Sequence record: NC_005260.1
DNA length: 64,000 bases
Direction: 5' to 3' (one strand)
The notes under the pieces were generated by a model. It saw nothing but the letters and a program-made list of their open reading frames with translations. It did no database searches and had not been told where the DNA came from. Positions 10,246 through 19,830 of the stretch are shown here, piece after piece. The translations under genes and the position numbers were made by a program. Within the stretch, counting starts at the first letter, position 1. Each line of letters starts with the position of its first letter.

Positions 10246-11232
10246 GTGTCTTCTATTATCTATCGCTCAATAGTAACAAATAAGTTCAGAACGGAAAACC
10301 TTTTGAACTTCTATAACTCGGTTGGCGATACGCAAGACAAACACACAATCTATGCAACATTTGGCCGCCCAGATAAATGGGCGGACAATGAGACAGATTC
10401 GAAGTTTGCTCCACCGTATCCTGATGATTCAATCGAGGGGATTGCAGATGTTTGGTCTAGAATGTTGGGTGCGGTAAAAATTCAACAGGAGCTATTGCGT
10501 CCTGTTGTTCCGCGCGACGACTGGGGAGATCAACGATTTACAGATCCGTTTATTCATCACATTGGTGATATTGTTGTAACTAACAGTGCGCCATATAACA
10601 GAACAGAAATTGGCTCCGGTTGGATGATTTATCGCTGTGTCGATGTACCAGAAGTTGGGCAATGTAGTATTAAGTCGATTGTTGAGAAAGGCGAGTGTAT
10701 GAAAATCGGCGGCAAATGGACGCCTAGTCGAGAGTCATTATTGCCAGTAGGCAAGAGCGACGGTGTTGATATGAAAGACGGATACATCTGGGAATATCTT
10801 TATACAATTCCGCCTGACGTTGCAATTAACGAATGCACAAACGAGCATATCGTTGTCCCTACTCCACAAGAGCTAATCGCTAGTCCATCGCGCTGGGGTT
10901 ATCAGCACGTATTGAAATGGTACCCCAATAAGTACGATGTTATCTATAGAATGAAATGTCATACGCTGCGGTTTAGAGCGTATATCGACAGTATTTATTT
11001 TAAAGAAGCGTCCATGGTTGGTAACAAAGGTTTCCGTCAATTGAGTGTTATTCTTGACCCAATTCTGATGAAAACTAATCCAGCTAGTGCTGACGTCAAG
11101 GCGACTGGTGCAAACTATTTGCCAACTCAGCTAGAACGTCATTCGGGTGAAATGATTTACATGGAAAATCGACAGCCGATTATTCGTTCGAGAGATCAGA
11201 CCGAAGAATTCAACTTAGTGTTTGAGTTTTAA
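10246..11232 (+). CDS. 8: Baseplate wedge subunit gp8
   Basis: IYRSIVTNKFRTENLL, DGYIWEYLYTIPPD, SGEMIYMENRQPI motifs. Confidence 0.95.
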   Translation: MSSIIYRSIVTNKFRTENLLNFYNSVGDTQDKHTIYATFGRPDKWADNETDSKFAPPYPDDSIEGIADVWSRMLGAVKIQQELLRPVVPRDDWGDQRFTDPFIHHIGDIVVTNSAPYNRTEIGSGWMIYRCVDVPEVGQCSIKSIVEKGECMKIGGKWTPSRESLLPVGKSDGVDMKDGYIWEYLYTIPPDVAINECTNEHIVVPTPQELIASPSRWGYQHVLKWYPNKYDVIYRMKCHTLRFRAYIDSIYFKEASMVGNKGFRQLSVILDPILMKTNPASADVKATGANYLPTQLERHSGEMIYMENRQPIIRSRDQTEEFNLVFEF

Positions 11233-11234
11233 TC

Positions 11235-11258
11235 AAGCCACCTTCGGGTGGCTTTTTT
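11235..11258 (+). terminator. Intrinsic terminator after gene 8
   Basis: AAGCCACC-TTCG-GGTGGCTT followed by a T-run. Confidence 0.9.
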
Positions 11259-11270
11259 GTTGGTGAATCG

Positions 11271-11277
11271 CTAAATA
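11271..11277 (+). promoter_or_regulatory. Late promoter CTAAATA (gene 9)
   Basis: Intergenic, after terminator, before gene 9. Confidence 0.75.
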
Positions 11278-11305
11278 AGTTAATATAACATCGGAGAACT
11301 TTATA

Positions 11306-12232
11306 ATGCAACAAACAAAAATCCTGGTAGACACCGGTGAAGAAGGTGTAGAAGGAACTGGAGATACCCTATATCAAGGCGGTACTTCTCTTAATAGAAA
11401 CCTGAATAGTTTATATAATGTGTTCGGTGATTATAGACAGTTCAAGTCTGATGCCGGACAGGGAAATCAAGTAATGACGCTCCATGCCGGGGGTTATTAT
11501 CAGAAGCACTCACGCGCATATTATGCGGGTGCGGAGCAACCAAGCGGAAACCCAGTTGAATTCGGCTCACTTCATGATCTGTCAGTCACAAGAGACGGCG
11601 CGGGTGATCTCGTTGTAACACTACCAGCGGGTAACAATCACGCGGGTGAATACGTTCACTTTATTAACACAGACGGATCAGTTGGCGTCGGTACCGGCAA
11701 AGAAGTCGTTATTCGTGTTAGTGGCTCCGGTGATAGTATCGGTGGGTTGGGAACACAAATGAAAATCCAGAAATCTTATTTCTCGATTCGCTTCTGGGTG
11801 GATAAATCTAGTCCAACTGGTTCACATTGGAGCTATAAAGTCGAGAGTTTATTTGGTGACGGGTCTGTTCCATATAACTCAGTAATTAGCAATATCGGCA
11901 CAGGTGTGACAAAAGATATCGCGTTGTTCAACAAATTCCAGTATAACTCCGTTAAACATATGGTATTTGTTACCGAACGTGGTACGAATATTCAACAGGA
12001 AGCGAGTGAGGTTTTGGTACTCGTAAATAACAGCAACAACAACGACAACAACGTTTATATGACCGAATATGCGCGAATTCGTACCAAGCCAACTGCAAAT
12101 TCAAAAGATGATTTGCTTTATGAAGCTGATTACAGAATTGTGAATGGAGTTGTTAGAATGTATGTCAAGAACATCGGTTCGACTGCTATTGACGTTACTG
12201 TTAAAGCAATTGAATCAATCGGGGGTCAATAA
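11306..12232 (+). CDS. 9: Baseplate tail-fibre connector gp9
   Basis: N-terminal DTG...TGDTLYQGG, GYYQKHS; synteny. Confidence 0.88.
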   Translation: MQQTKILVDTGEEGVEGTGDTLYQGGTSLNRNLNSLYNVFGDYRQFKSDAGQGNQVMTLHAGGYYQKHSRAYYAGAEQPSGNPVEFGSLHDLSVTRDGAGDLVVTLPAGNNHAGEYVHFINTDGSVGVGTGKEVVIRVSGSGDSIGGLGTQMKIQKSYFSIRFWVDKSSPTGSHWSYKVESLFGDGSVPYNSVISNIGTGVTKDIALFNKFQYNSVKHMVFVTERGTNIQQEASEVLVLVNNSNNNDNNVYMTEYARIRTKPTANSKDDLLYEADYRIVNGVVRMYVKNIGSTAIDVTVKAIESIGGQ

Positions 12233-14388
12233 TGAGTAAACAATCTATTATCATCGGTAGCGCAGTTGATGACGGTACTGGTGATTACATGCGTCGTGGT
12301 GGGCAGAAGATCAACGACAACTTTACCGAATTATACGGTGAGCTTGGCGACGGTGCTATCCCACACGCTGCTGGTGCGTGGAAACGTTATTCCACCGTCG
12401 GCACACCGCTTAGTGTTGTGTTTGGTAAAGCATACACAATCGACACAACCGGCGGACAAATCACAGTTAATTTGCCAGCGGGTAAACCTTCTGACTACGG
12501 TAAAGTAATTCGTCTGCGAGACGTTAACGGCTCTTGGGCAACTAACCCAGTCAACTTAGTCCCAGGTGGCACAGATACCGTAAAAGGTACAGCGAAAAAG
12601 CATAAACTTTGGAAAAACTATCTTGATGCGGAATTAGTATATTGCAGTCCCGGCAAATGGGAATATGCAGATAACAAGCGAGTTAACGGTATTAGTACCG
12701 CAAACGGAGCGACTGTAGCTAGAAAAGAATTTATTGCGGTTGAAGGTCAAACGGATTTCGTTAATATTTTTGAATCGAGTTATAACCCAGCTGCGGTAGA
12801 AGTTTACCGTCGCGGTAACTTGCTATATTACGGAGATCGTATTTCCGAGAACACCGACTATGGTTCGATGACAGCAAAAACTCCGGTTGTTAGTGACGTA
12901 ACTATTACAGGTGGAACTAAAAACGGCACAGTTGGATATTCGCAGGGAGTAGTTGGTACAATCAACTCAACAAAAAATAAAGTCGAAGGACTTGTTATTG
13001 TTGATTTCCGTGGTGAAGTCGCAACAAACACCGTTATTATGCAATTTGCTGGCGGCGCAAAGCCAATGGACTCGAATGTAATTTACGTTCAGAACGGAAC
13101 AACCGGTCCATGGTTTTTGCAATATGATTCGAGTCGTACCGCTTATATTGGTGTTTATCCTGACTTGATTACAAAGCTAACATCTACTGCCAGTCAAACA
13201 TACAAAGTATCAGTTTATAAACTGAATACACTTGACGGATATTCAATTCGTTTAGCAGAGCCGTGTTTTGCGGGTGACGTTGTTACCGTTGTGACTTATC
13301 TAGACGGAATCGCTTCTTATCGTAGTTCATACCAGCGTTATACTCTTCGAGTATATGACGAGAAATTAACTACAGAAGATATCAAGACTATTCCAGGCCA
13401 ACGCTGGGTAGGGGATCTGAGTAAGAAAGCTAGATTCAGCTTAAACGACTTTGACCTGCTGGAGAACGAGACCTATAACCCGTTTAGTATGGAGATACTC
13501 GTAAACGGTAGAACGCTTACCAGAGCAGGCGAGGGAGATTTGCCAGCGTTTATTTGTGAAGGCGCAACTGCTAACGACGAAACCTCTTGTATTGCTTTGG
13601 GTGGTGCATGGGTACCGTCAGGTGGAGATTTCTCAACCGTAACAGATCTCAATGATCGCTATCGCGAGTTCGTTATCAACCAAGATCTGAATCACAAAGA
13701 TATTATTACGATTCGTTGGTACAATAACGATATCGGAACAACTCTTGACTGGGAAGGTGACGGTGGTATTAAAGAAATGGCAGACGCTCGTTTCTTGGTA
13801 TCAGAACGCACATTCAATAGAAACAGCAAGATTATGTATACCGATACAACTAATCCTAGTTCTAATAACACGGTTGCTGACCCAGAAACGGAAAATGGAA
13901 TTAGATTTACAAGCGTGGATAGCTTGTTAGAGTCTATTTATCCTGTTGGTTCAGTTTATATTAACGCAAATAACCCGAACAACCCTAAATCATATATGGG
14001 ATTCGGTGAATGGCGTAGATTCGGACAAGGAAGAGTACCGGTTTCTTGGAACGAAGATAATCCGAACGATCCTAATTTTGGTCTAAACACAAATGACAAA
14101 GACGTAAACGGCAACCCAAGACATTCCGCTGGTAATACTGGTGGTGCGGTAACAAACACACTCGGTATCACCAATATTCCTCCGATAACATCAAGTGAAA
14201 AAGCTTTGATTGTTGATCCGGCCGGTGATGTTCTTGTTGGTGGTTGCCAATTCGATCCAGACGATCAGGGTCCAGGGTTTAAGAGATATCGAGAAGACTT
14301 GGTGAAAGCGCGTCCGAGTGAGATTGCGTTGCCAGTTAATAATCTGCAACCGTTTATTACGGTTCACATGTGGCTAAGGGTTCTATAA
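12232..14388 (+). CDS. 10: Baseplate wedge/tail pin gp10 (with insertion)
   Basis: IIIGSAVDDGTGDYMRRGGQKINDNFTELY; IYPVGSVY...YMGFGEW; LQPFITVHMWLRV. Confidence 0.95.
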   Translation: MSKQSIIIGSAVDDGTGDYMRRGGQKINDNFTELYGELGDGAIPHAAGAWKRYSTVGTPLSVVFGKAYTIDTTGGQITVNLPAGKPSDYGKVIRLRDVNGSWATNPVNLVPGGTDTVKGTAKKHKLWKNYLDAELVYCSPGKWEYADNKRVNGISTANGATVARKEFIAVEGQTDFVNIFESSYNPAAVEVYRRGNLLYYGDRISENTDYGSMTAKTPVVSDVTITGGTKNGTVGYSQGVVGTINSTKNKVEGLVIVDFRGEVATNTVIMQFAGGAKPMDSNVIYVQNGTTGPWFLQYDSSRTAYIGVYPDLITKLTSTASQTYKVSVYKLNTLDGYSIRLAEPCFAGDVVTVVTYLDGIASYRSSYQRYTLRVYDEKLTTEDIKTIPGQRWVGDLSKKARFSLNDFDLLENETYNPFSMEILVNGRTLTRAGEGDLPAFICEGATANDETSCIALGGAWVPSGGDFSTVTDLNDRYREFVINQDLNHKDIITIRWYNNDIGTTLDWEGDGGIKEMADARFLVSERTFNRNSKIMYTDTTNPSSNNTVADPETENGIRFTSVDSLLESIYPVGSVYINANNPNNPKSYMGFGEWRRFGQGRVPVSWNEDNPNDPNFGLNTNDKDVNGNPRHSAGNTGGAVTNTLGITNIPPITSSEKALIVDPAGDVLVGGCQFDPDDQGPGFKRYREDLVKARPSEIALPVNNLQPFITVHMWLRVL

Positions 14389-15363
14389 ATGATCAATATC
14401 TATCAACAGCCAGTTGATATTACTTTCACCTACGGTTCGAGATTTTCATTTTCCGTTGGTGCAAACACTGATATCGATACTGGCTATGTAACATATCGCT
14501 GGGAGTGGACTGCTCCCGGCACATCTAATTGGGCAGCAATTCAACACCCGTCTGCCACTTTAATGAGTGTCGTTATTCTGCCGTCAATGGGAACAACATA
14601 CGACACAAACGATTTCCGATGCGTCATTGCAGAATATGACAATTTGGGAGTCAAGAAATCGGAGCTGATTACTTCGATTGTTAAAGGCATCAAGTTTGAA
14701 GGAAGAACATCGGTAGCGAAAACTAAAACTTCCGATGCTGTTCTTATTCGTTCTAGACTCGCAAGACATTCCGAGTTTGAGCTTCATCCTTCGCTCGATA
14801 ACACATTCCTGAGTGATAATATTGGTCTAGCTACATTACACGACGCGGAAGACAATATAACGCATCCTAACGTGCAATCTGCAATCGTTGATATTGCTGA
14901 CGGTATGACTATGCCTATTGGCTCAGTTATTATCGAACGTAAGAATAACGACCCTAGTGGTAAAGCACAACAAACCGTTTTGCAGTTTGACGGAATTGTT
15001 GCGTCTCCGGTCGGTGGTGTTGATGCTGTATTGAATGTGTTTGGTCGCAGAGTTGTTATTGCGGATAAGAGCATTGCTGCCCAAGTAAAAGATCAGGTAT
15101 TGACAATTCTAGCTGATTTTGAAAACAAGGGATTGTATGTGAAAAACGTTAGCTCGGTATCTGCTACCTCTATTTCGTTTGAGCATAGAGATCATAAGGC
15201 ACATGTTCCTCCTGCATGGACACAATACGGTGTTACTATGACTGGACTTGTTGCGTCTCCTCCTGCTAAAGGCTACGGTCAATGGCAGAAGTTCGCAGAA
15301 ATTAACATCACGGGGTTGGATGCATCGGTATCTAAACTTTATTATTGGGAGAGAATTTCGTGA
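14389..15363 (+). CDS. 11: Baseplate wedge/tail pin gp11 with N-terminal Ig-like domain
   Basis: SRLA...PNVQSAI, GYGQWQKF, LYYWERIS gp11 motifs after a ~105-aa Ig-like segment. Confidence 0.88.
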   Translation: MINIYQQPVDITFTYGSRFSFSVGANTDIDTGYVTYRWEWTAPGTSNWAAIQHPSATLMSVVILPSMGTTYDTNDFRCVIAEYDNLGVKKSELITSIVKGIKFEGRTSVAKTKTSDAVLIRSRLARHSEFELHPSLDNTFLSDNIGLATLHDAEDNITHPNVQSAIVDIADGMTMPIGSVIIERKNNDPSGKAQQTVLQFDGIVASPVGGVDAVLNVFGRRVVIADKSIAAQVKDQVLTILADFENKGLYVKNVSSVSATSISFEHRDHKAHVPPAWTQYGVTMTGLVASPPAKGYGQWQKFAEINITGLDASVSKLYYWERIS

Positions 15364-16670
15364 GAACAAATAATATCACACAGCATATTAGCTCTAAAGC
15401 GGGGTCGGTTGTATTCGACCCCGCATCTGCTCCTGCTTTTGATACGACTATCACAGATCTACAAAAGCTGGGAAATAAAATCGATGCTCATGCAACTAAA
15501 CCACTACCGGTCGCATCTGAAACTGTATCGGGTATTGCTGAATTGGCTACCGTTGATGAAGTTCTATTGGGAAATGATAAAGTTAGATTAGTCACTCCTT
15601 ATACACTTCAACAAAAATGGGCGCGTCCTAATGCGAGCGACACCGTTTATGGTCTAGTTAGATATAATACAGTAGCAGAACGAGAAGAAGCGGCAGCGAA
15701 AGTTGACGTTACTGTGAATACCGCATCTTTGTGGGACGTTGTTCGTAATAAATCGATTGCAACTGAGTCCAAGCGCGGATCAGTGAGTATTTCAACTCTG
15801 GTAGCTGCCAAAGCTGGCGTAGATGATACAACAGCAATGACACCAGCGAAAGTTAAAGCGGCAATCGACACGTTCGCGGTAACTTCTGTATCTGGTGCAA
15901 CTGAAACCGTTACGGGCACAGTTAAGAATAGTCCGGCATTAATCACTAACGCCGCGCTTCATACCGGTTATGCAGTTACACCTAAAGGTTTCATTGAAAC
16001 CAGAGCCGCACAGGCTCGCGTTGGAACAGTTCGTATGGCAACTCAAGCAGAAGCTAACGCTAGAACTCTGGGAGACGTGGCAATCAGTCCAGCGACGCTT
16101 CCAATCGCATCTGATACACAATATGGCATCACTGCTCTTTTGCATAACGCGCAATCCGGCGTAACAAACAAAGCATTGAGCGCACACGGAGCGACTCTGT
16201 TTATCAACAGAAACGGCGACTCCATGACGGGTGATCTTACTGTTCATAATATCTTTACTGCTAACGGACAAAACGGACGTGGCGATTCGCTGACTAGAAA
16301 GGATTACGTTGACGGACTTTTCAATCAGAAAGCGAATATTTCGCATACGCACGGAACTCCACAAGAATCATGGACACTAATTTGGCAGGGACCGTTAGAT
16401 CGCGGTAATTTCGTGACTAATCAGCCATGGTGGAACTTCGATGCACTCGTTATTGAAAGTTCGCGTGATGGTGGTAGCTGGTTTAATACCATGGAGATTA
16501 GTCGTTGGCAGATCGAACAGATGCAAGCAAAATATCCAAACTTCAACTTGGTATCGGCACAAGAATATTATTGGTTTGGTAAGTTTAGAGCCGATGGTAT
16601 GTATTTCGACACCCATACAGAGAACTGCTATCTGTGGAGAATATACGGAGTTAACAAAACTTGGAGCTAA
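15360..16670 (+). CDS. 12: Short tail fibre gp12
   Basis: NNITQHISSKAGSVVFDP N-terminus, ASETVSGIAELAT fibre repeats; GTG at 15360 overlaps the gp11 stop. Confidence 0.9.
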   Translation: MRTNNITQHISSKAGSVVFDPASAPAFDTTITDLQKLGNKIDAHATKPLPVASETVSGIAELATVDEVLLGNDKVRLVTPYTLQQKWARPNASDTVYGLVRYNTVAEREEAAAKVDVTVNTASLWDVVRNKSIATESKRGSVSISTLVAAKAGVDDTTAMTPAKVKAAIDTFAVTSVSGATETVTGTVKNSPALITNAALHTGYAVTPKGFIETRAAQARVGTVRMATQAEANARTLGDVAISPATLPIASDTQYGITALLHNAQSGVTNKALSAHGATLFINRNGDSMTGDLTVHNIFTANGQNGRGDSLTRKDYVDGLFNQKANISHTHGTPQESWTLIWQGPLDRGNFVTNQPWWNFDALVIESSRDGGSWFNTMEISRWQIEQMQAKYPNFNLVSAQEYYWFGKFRADGMYFDTHTENCYLWRIYGVNKTWS

Positions 16671-16673
16671 TCG

Positions 16674-16680
16674 CTAAATA
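16674..16680 (+). promoter_or_regulatory. Late promoter CTAAATA (wac)
   Basis: Intergenic upstream of wac. Confidence 0.75.
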
Positions 16681-16713
16681 TTAGCATTAGTATATCAAAT
16701 ATAAGGGTGAATA

Positions 16714-19700
16714 ATGGCTATCGAAAAAGTAAGTCAGTCGCAATTACCGTTTGTTGATGGCGTCCCCGCTGTAGGACAAACGAGAATTGACTGGATTCAA
16801 AACGGTGAGTATACCGACGGTGCTGTTAGCGCCACCGATAATGGTGGCGCCCTTAACCGAGCTTCGGTTAAGGTACAGAAAAACGTTGATACAATCAACC
16901 AAGAATTAAACAAAACAAAAGACTCATTGAGCAAAGTTATTGATTTGGCCGAGACTCATGATCGCATTTTGAATGCACAAGGAGACGGCACAAATCTTTA
17001 TGATCGCGTAACAGCGGTAGAAGTTGTCAATAAAGCACAACAAGATCGACTGGCTAAAATTGAAACAGACGAAATCGAACATGTTGCAGGCCAAGAAGCA
17101 ATTAATAAGCGTATTACTGACACAGTTGATCCTCAAATTACCAATATCAAAAAGATGCTGGGAAATTACAAGGGTTTTGACCAAGACGGTAATCCTGACA
17201 TAAATGCTCCTGGACTAGGCGTTAAAGGACAAGTTGAAAGAAACTGGGAAAACGTAGTTCAGCATGATAACAGAATTAAAAGTCTGGAAAGTTTCTGGCA
17301 AGGAGACACTCCTGATGTTCTAATCAGAAATACCCGCGATTTGCGAGCTGAAATGGGTCCGTCTTCTGAAAAGACAGATAAGACAATTTACCAGCGAGTA
17401 AAAGAATCCGAGGATCATGTTACTACCGCAAATAAACATTTGACCGATATCGATACTGCTATTGGCAAGATCGAATTCCCGGCCAAATATGTTACCAGTA
17501 CGGGTACCGAAGTAACCGCAAAAGACATTTGGGAATATACCAAACTCGTTCGTGGTGATGTCGGAGCGAATCAGAATGCACTGAATACAGCGATTAATGA
17601 CATTCTGTTGAATAAGTCTGACATCAAGACGATGAAAGAGTTCGATACTTCATCTGGGGCAAAAATTACAAATCTCGAATCTCTTGTTGGACTACAACCT
17701 ACCGACGGTATGCGCGGCGACATCAAAGCTTTGGATTTGCGCGAATCAAATAACGCAACTCGTTTAGAAGGTATGGTGAAAACTGTTACCGACGTTGTTA
17801 ACTTGGAAACAACTCCGGCAGTTCGCAATCTTCAAGAAGATATGACAAAGGCTAAGCCGGATATTTACGGAACTAACGTAGATACCGATACTCCTATTGT
17901 TAAGCTTGGTATCAAGTCAACAAACAAAACGATGTATGAGGAAATGTATCTGCCGTTCAAATCCGGCAGTGGATTTATTCTTGATACTAGCGATCAAAAC
18001 GTTGATTCTTCTTTCGTTCGTCGTTATGTTGACGGCAAGTGGGAATGGAAAAATCTGTTCAGCGAAGATCTGGTGATTGGCTCAAATAAATCAGTACGAA
18101 GCTTTGACGGACAAAGAGCTGTATCGTTCGCACTGAGAATCGATAAGCCTCCTGTTACTGTTTTCGGCGACGATAATACCGAAATTGAAATTCGCGGTAA
18201 GATTACAAACGAGATTGATATTACTGGACTGAAATACAAGACTTCCAGTGTGGTTCATTTCACAGATACCCAGGATACATTCGGTAAAGGACAGCCTGTT
18301 CAATTTAAAGTTGACGGCGAAAACGCGCTGACTGTTACATATGGCGGAACTGTTGGTACTATTGTTCATTCTGCTAATATCAAAAACTATGTTGCTGATA
18401 TTGATCCAAGAACTGGATTCAGACTGAATCGTGATACTTCCGTTTCTGCCGAAGTTTCGATTGGCAACGTGAACGTTATCGGAACTAGCTTTATCAATAA
18501 AACTGTCAAGTTGTCAGACGAAGGCATGACTACTCAAATTGAAGGTGAAGTATCCAAGATTCGCATGGCAATCGACGCGAAATATACCGGATATTCCGCT
18601 GGTAATATTCTGATGAATGAGTTGGGAGTCTCGCGATATGTTGCAAATGATTACGTTGAAGTTGGTGACAGCAAAGCAAGCGCCGCGCTTAGAACACGTG
18701 GTGATGATCTGAAATCAGTTAAAGTCGTAGCTGGCACCGGAAACACTCTGTATACCGTATGGCACGACGGCCTAGATGCTCCGAAAGACGATGCTATGTA
18801 TGCACGTAAGAATGGTGTTTGGACTGCGTTTAACCCAGGTGGAACCGGCGGTGGATTAGCAGACGACGCACCGGACAATGGTATGCCACATGTTCGCGTT
18901 TCTACTAACGGTAATGCAGTTTGGGAAGCGTTGGGATCTAAAGATATTAACTTGAGCCCGAATATCGGCATTAAGTTCAATACCACAGATCACGGACTTG
19001 TTTCTGCGTTTAGTCCTCTTGCAACTGGTGCAATTAGCATTGGATATGATAATAGCAAGTCTCCGATTACATTTAAGGGCCGTGTTCAAGCATTCACATT
19101 AGGCAATGAACAAGCTTTGATGGGCTTGACTACTTCCGACGAAGTTCGCACAATCGTTAAAGTTGATTTCGAAAACGACATTATGATCGGCGACGAAAAC
19201 ACTGCCGTTTATTTTGGACGTCAACCGTTTGTTGATTTCAATGGGTCTTCTCATAGGGTTTGGCACGACGGTATTGATGCTCCTTCCGATGGAAGTTATT
19301 ACGCCCGTAATAATGGAACATGGCAGAAAGTATTCAACGGCGTTGACCCGACTGCTGACGTAAATACTACAGGAGCATTTAAATCTCGCGGAATGAATAT
19401 TGGTTTCACTGAACAAGTCGGTACCGATTATATCGTACAGCTTGGACAATCAAATCAGTATACAAAACTCAACGGTAAAGTTATGGATATTATGCTGGCA
19501 CAGCCGGTTGATAATGGACAGACTTCTATCAAGGGTATGTTGAAAGGCGCTGAATTAAATGTTATTGCAATCAAAGACAACGTAGCCGGTAATAATCATG
19601 TTATTGTTGGTGATGCTTCCGCTGAAATGCGTATCAATTGCAAAGAAGCTTACATTAACGGAAACACCGTAATTACATCTGCTTTTGATGTTCCTACCGA

Positions 19701-19821
19701 CGACAAGCGTTATTCTCGTCGTAATGGAAAGTGGATCCAGAGTTATTACTATGGCAACTTTGCAACAAACGCACCAGCTACACCAGTTGAAGGCGATGTG
19801 TTCTTTGAATTCGTAAACTAA
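16714..19821 (+). CDS. wac: Fibritin (whisker/collar) Wac, extended
   Basis: LPFVDGVP...RIDWIQNGE N-domain, segmented coiled coil, four foldon-like DAPxDG.YxRxNGxW motifs. Confidence 0.92.
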   Translation: MAIEKVSQSQLPFVDGVPAVGQTRIDWIQNGEYTDGAVSATDNGGALNRASVKVQKNVDTINQELNKTKDSLSKVIDLAETHDRILNAQGDGTNLYDRVTAVEVVNKAQQDRLAKIETDEIEHVAGQEAINKRITDTVDPQITNIKKMLGNYKGFDQDGNPDINAPGLGVKGQVERNWENVVQHDNRIKSLESFWQGDTPDVLIRNTRDLRAEMGPSSEKTDKTIYQRVKESEDHVTTANKHLTDIDTAIGKIEFPAKYVTSTGTEVTAKDIWEYTKLVRGDVGANQNALNTAINDILLNKSDIKTMKEFDTSSGAKITNLESLVGLQPTDGMRGDIKALDLRESNNATRLEGMVKTVTDVVNLETTPAVRNLQEDMTKAKPDIYGTNVDTDTPIVKLGIKSTNKTMYEEMYLPFKSGSGFILDTSDQNVDSSFVRRYVDGKWEWKNLFSEDLVIGSNKSVRSFDGQRAVSFALRIDKPPVTVFGDDNTEIEIRGKITNEIDITGLKYKTSSVVHFTDTQDTFGKGQPVQFKVDGENALTVTYGGTVGTIVHSANIKNYVADIDPRTGFRLNRDTSVSAEVSIGNVNVIGTSFINKTVKLSDEGMTTQIEGEVSKIRMAIDAKYTGYSAGNILMNELGVSRYVANDYVEVGDSKASAALRTRGDDLKSVKVVAGTGNTLYTVWHDGLDAPKDDAMYARKNGVWTAFNPGGTGGGLADDAPDNGMPHVRVSTNGNAVWEALGSKDINLSPNIGIKFNTTDHGLVSAFSPLATGAISIGYDNSKSPITFKGRVQAFTLGNEQALMGLTTSDEVRTIVKVDFENDIMIGDENTAVYFGRQPFVDFNGSSHRVWHDGIDAPSDGSYYARNNGTWQKVFNGVDPTADVNTTGAFKSRGMNIGFTEQVGTDYIVQLGQSNQYTKLNGKVMDIMLAQPVDNGQTSIKGMLKGAELNVIAIKDNVAGNNHVIVGDASAEMRINCKEAYINGNTVITSAFDVPTDDKRYSRRNGKWIQSYYYGNFATNAPATPVEGDVFFEFVN

Positions 19822-19830
19822 GGAATTAAG

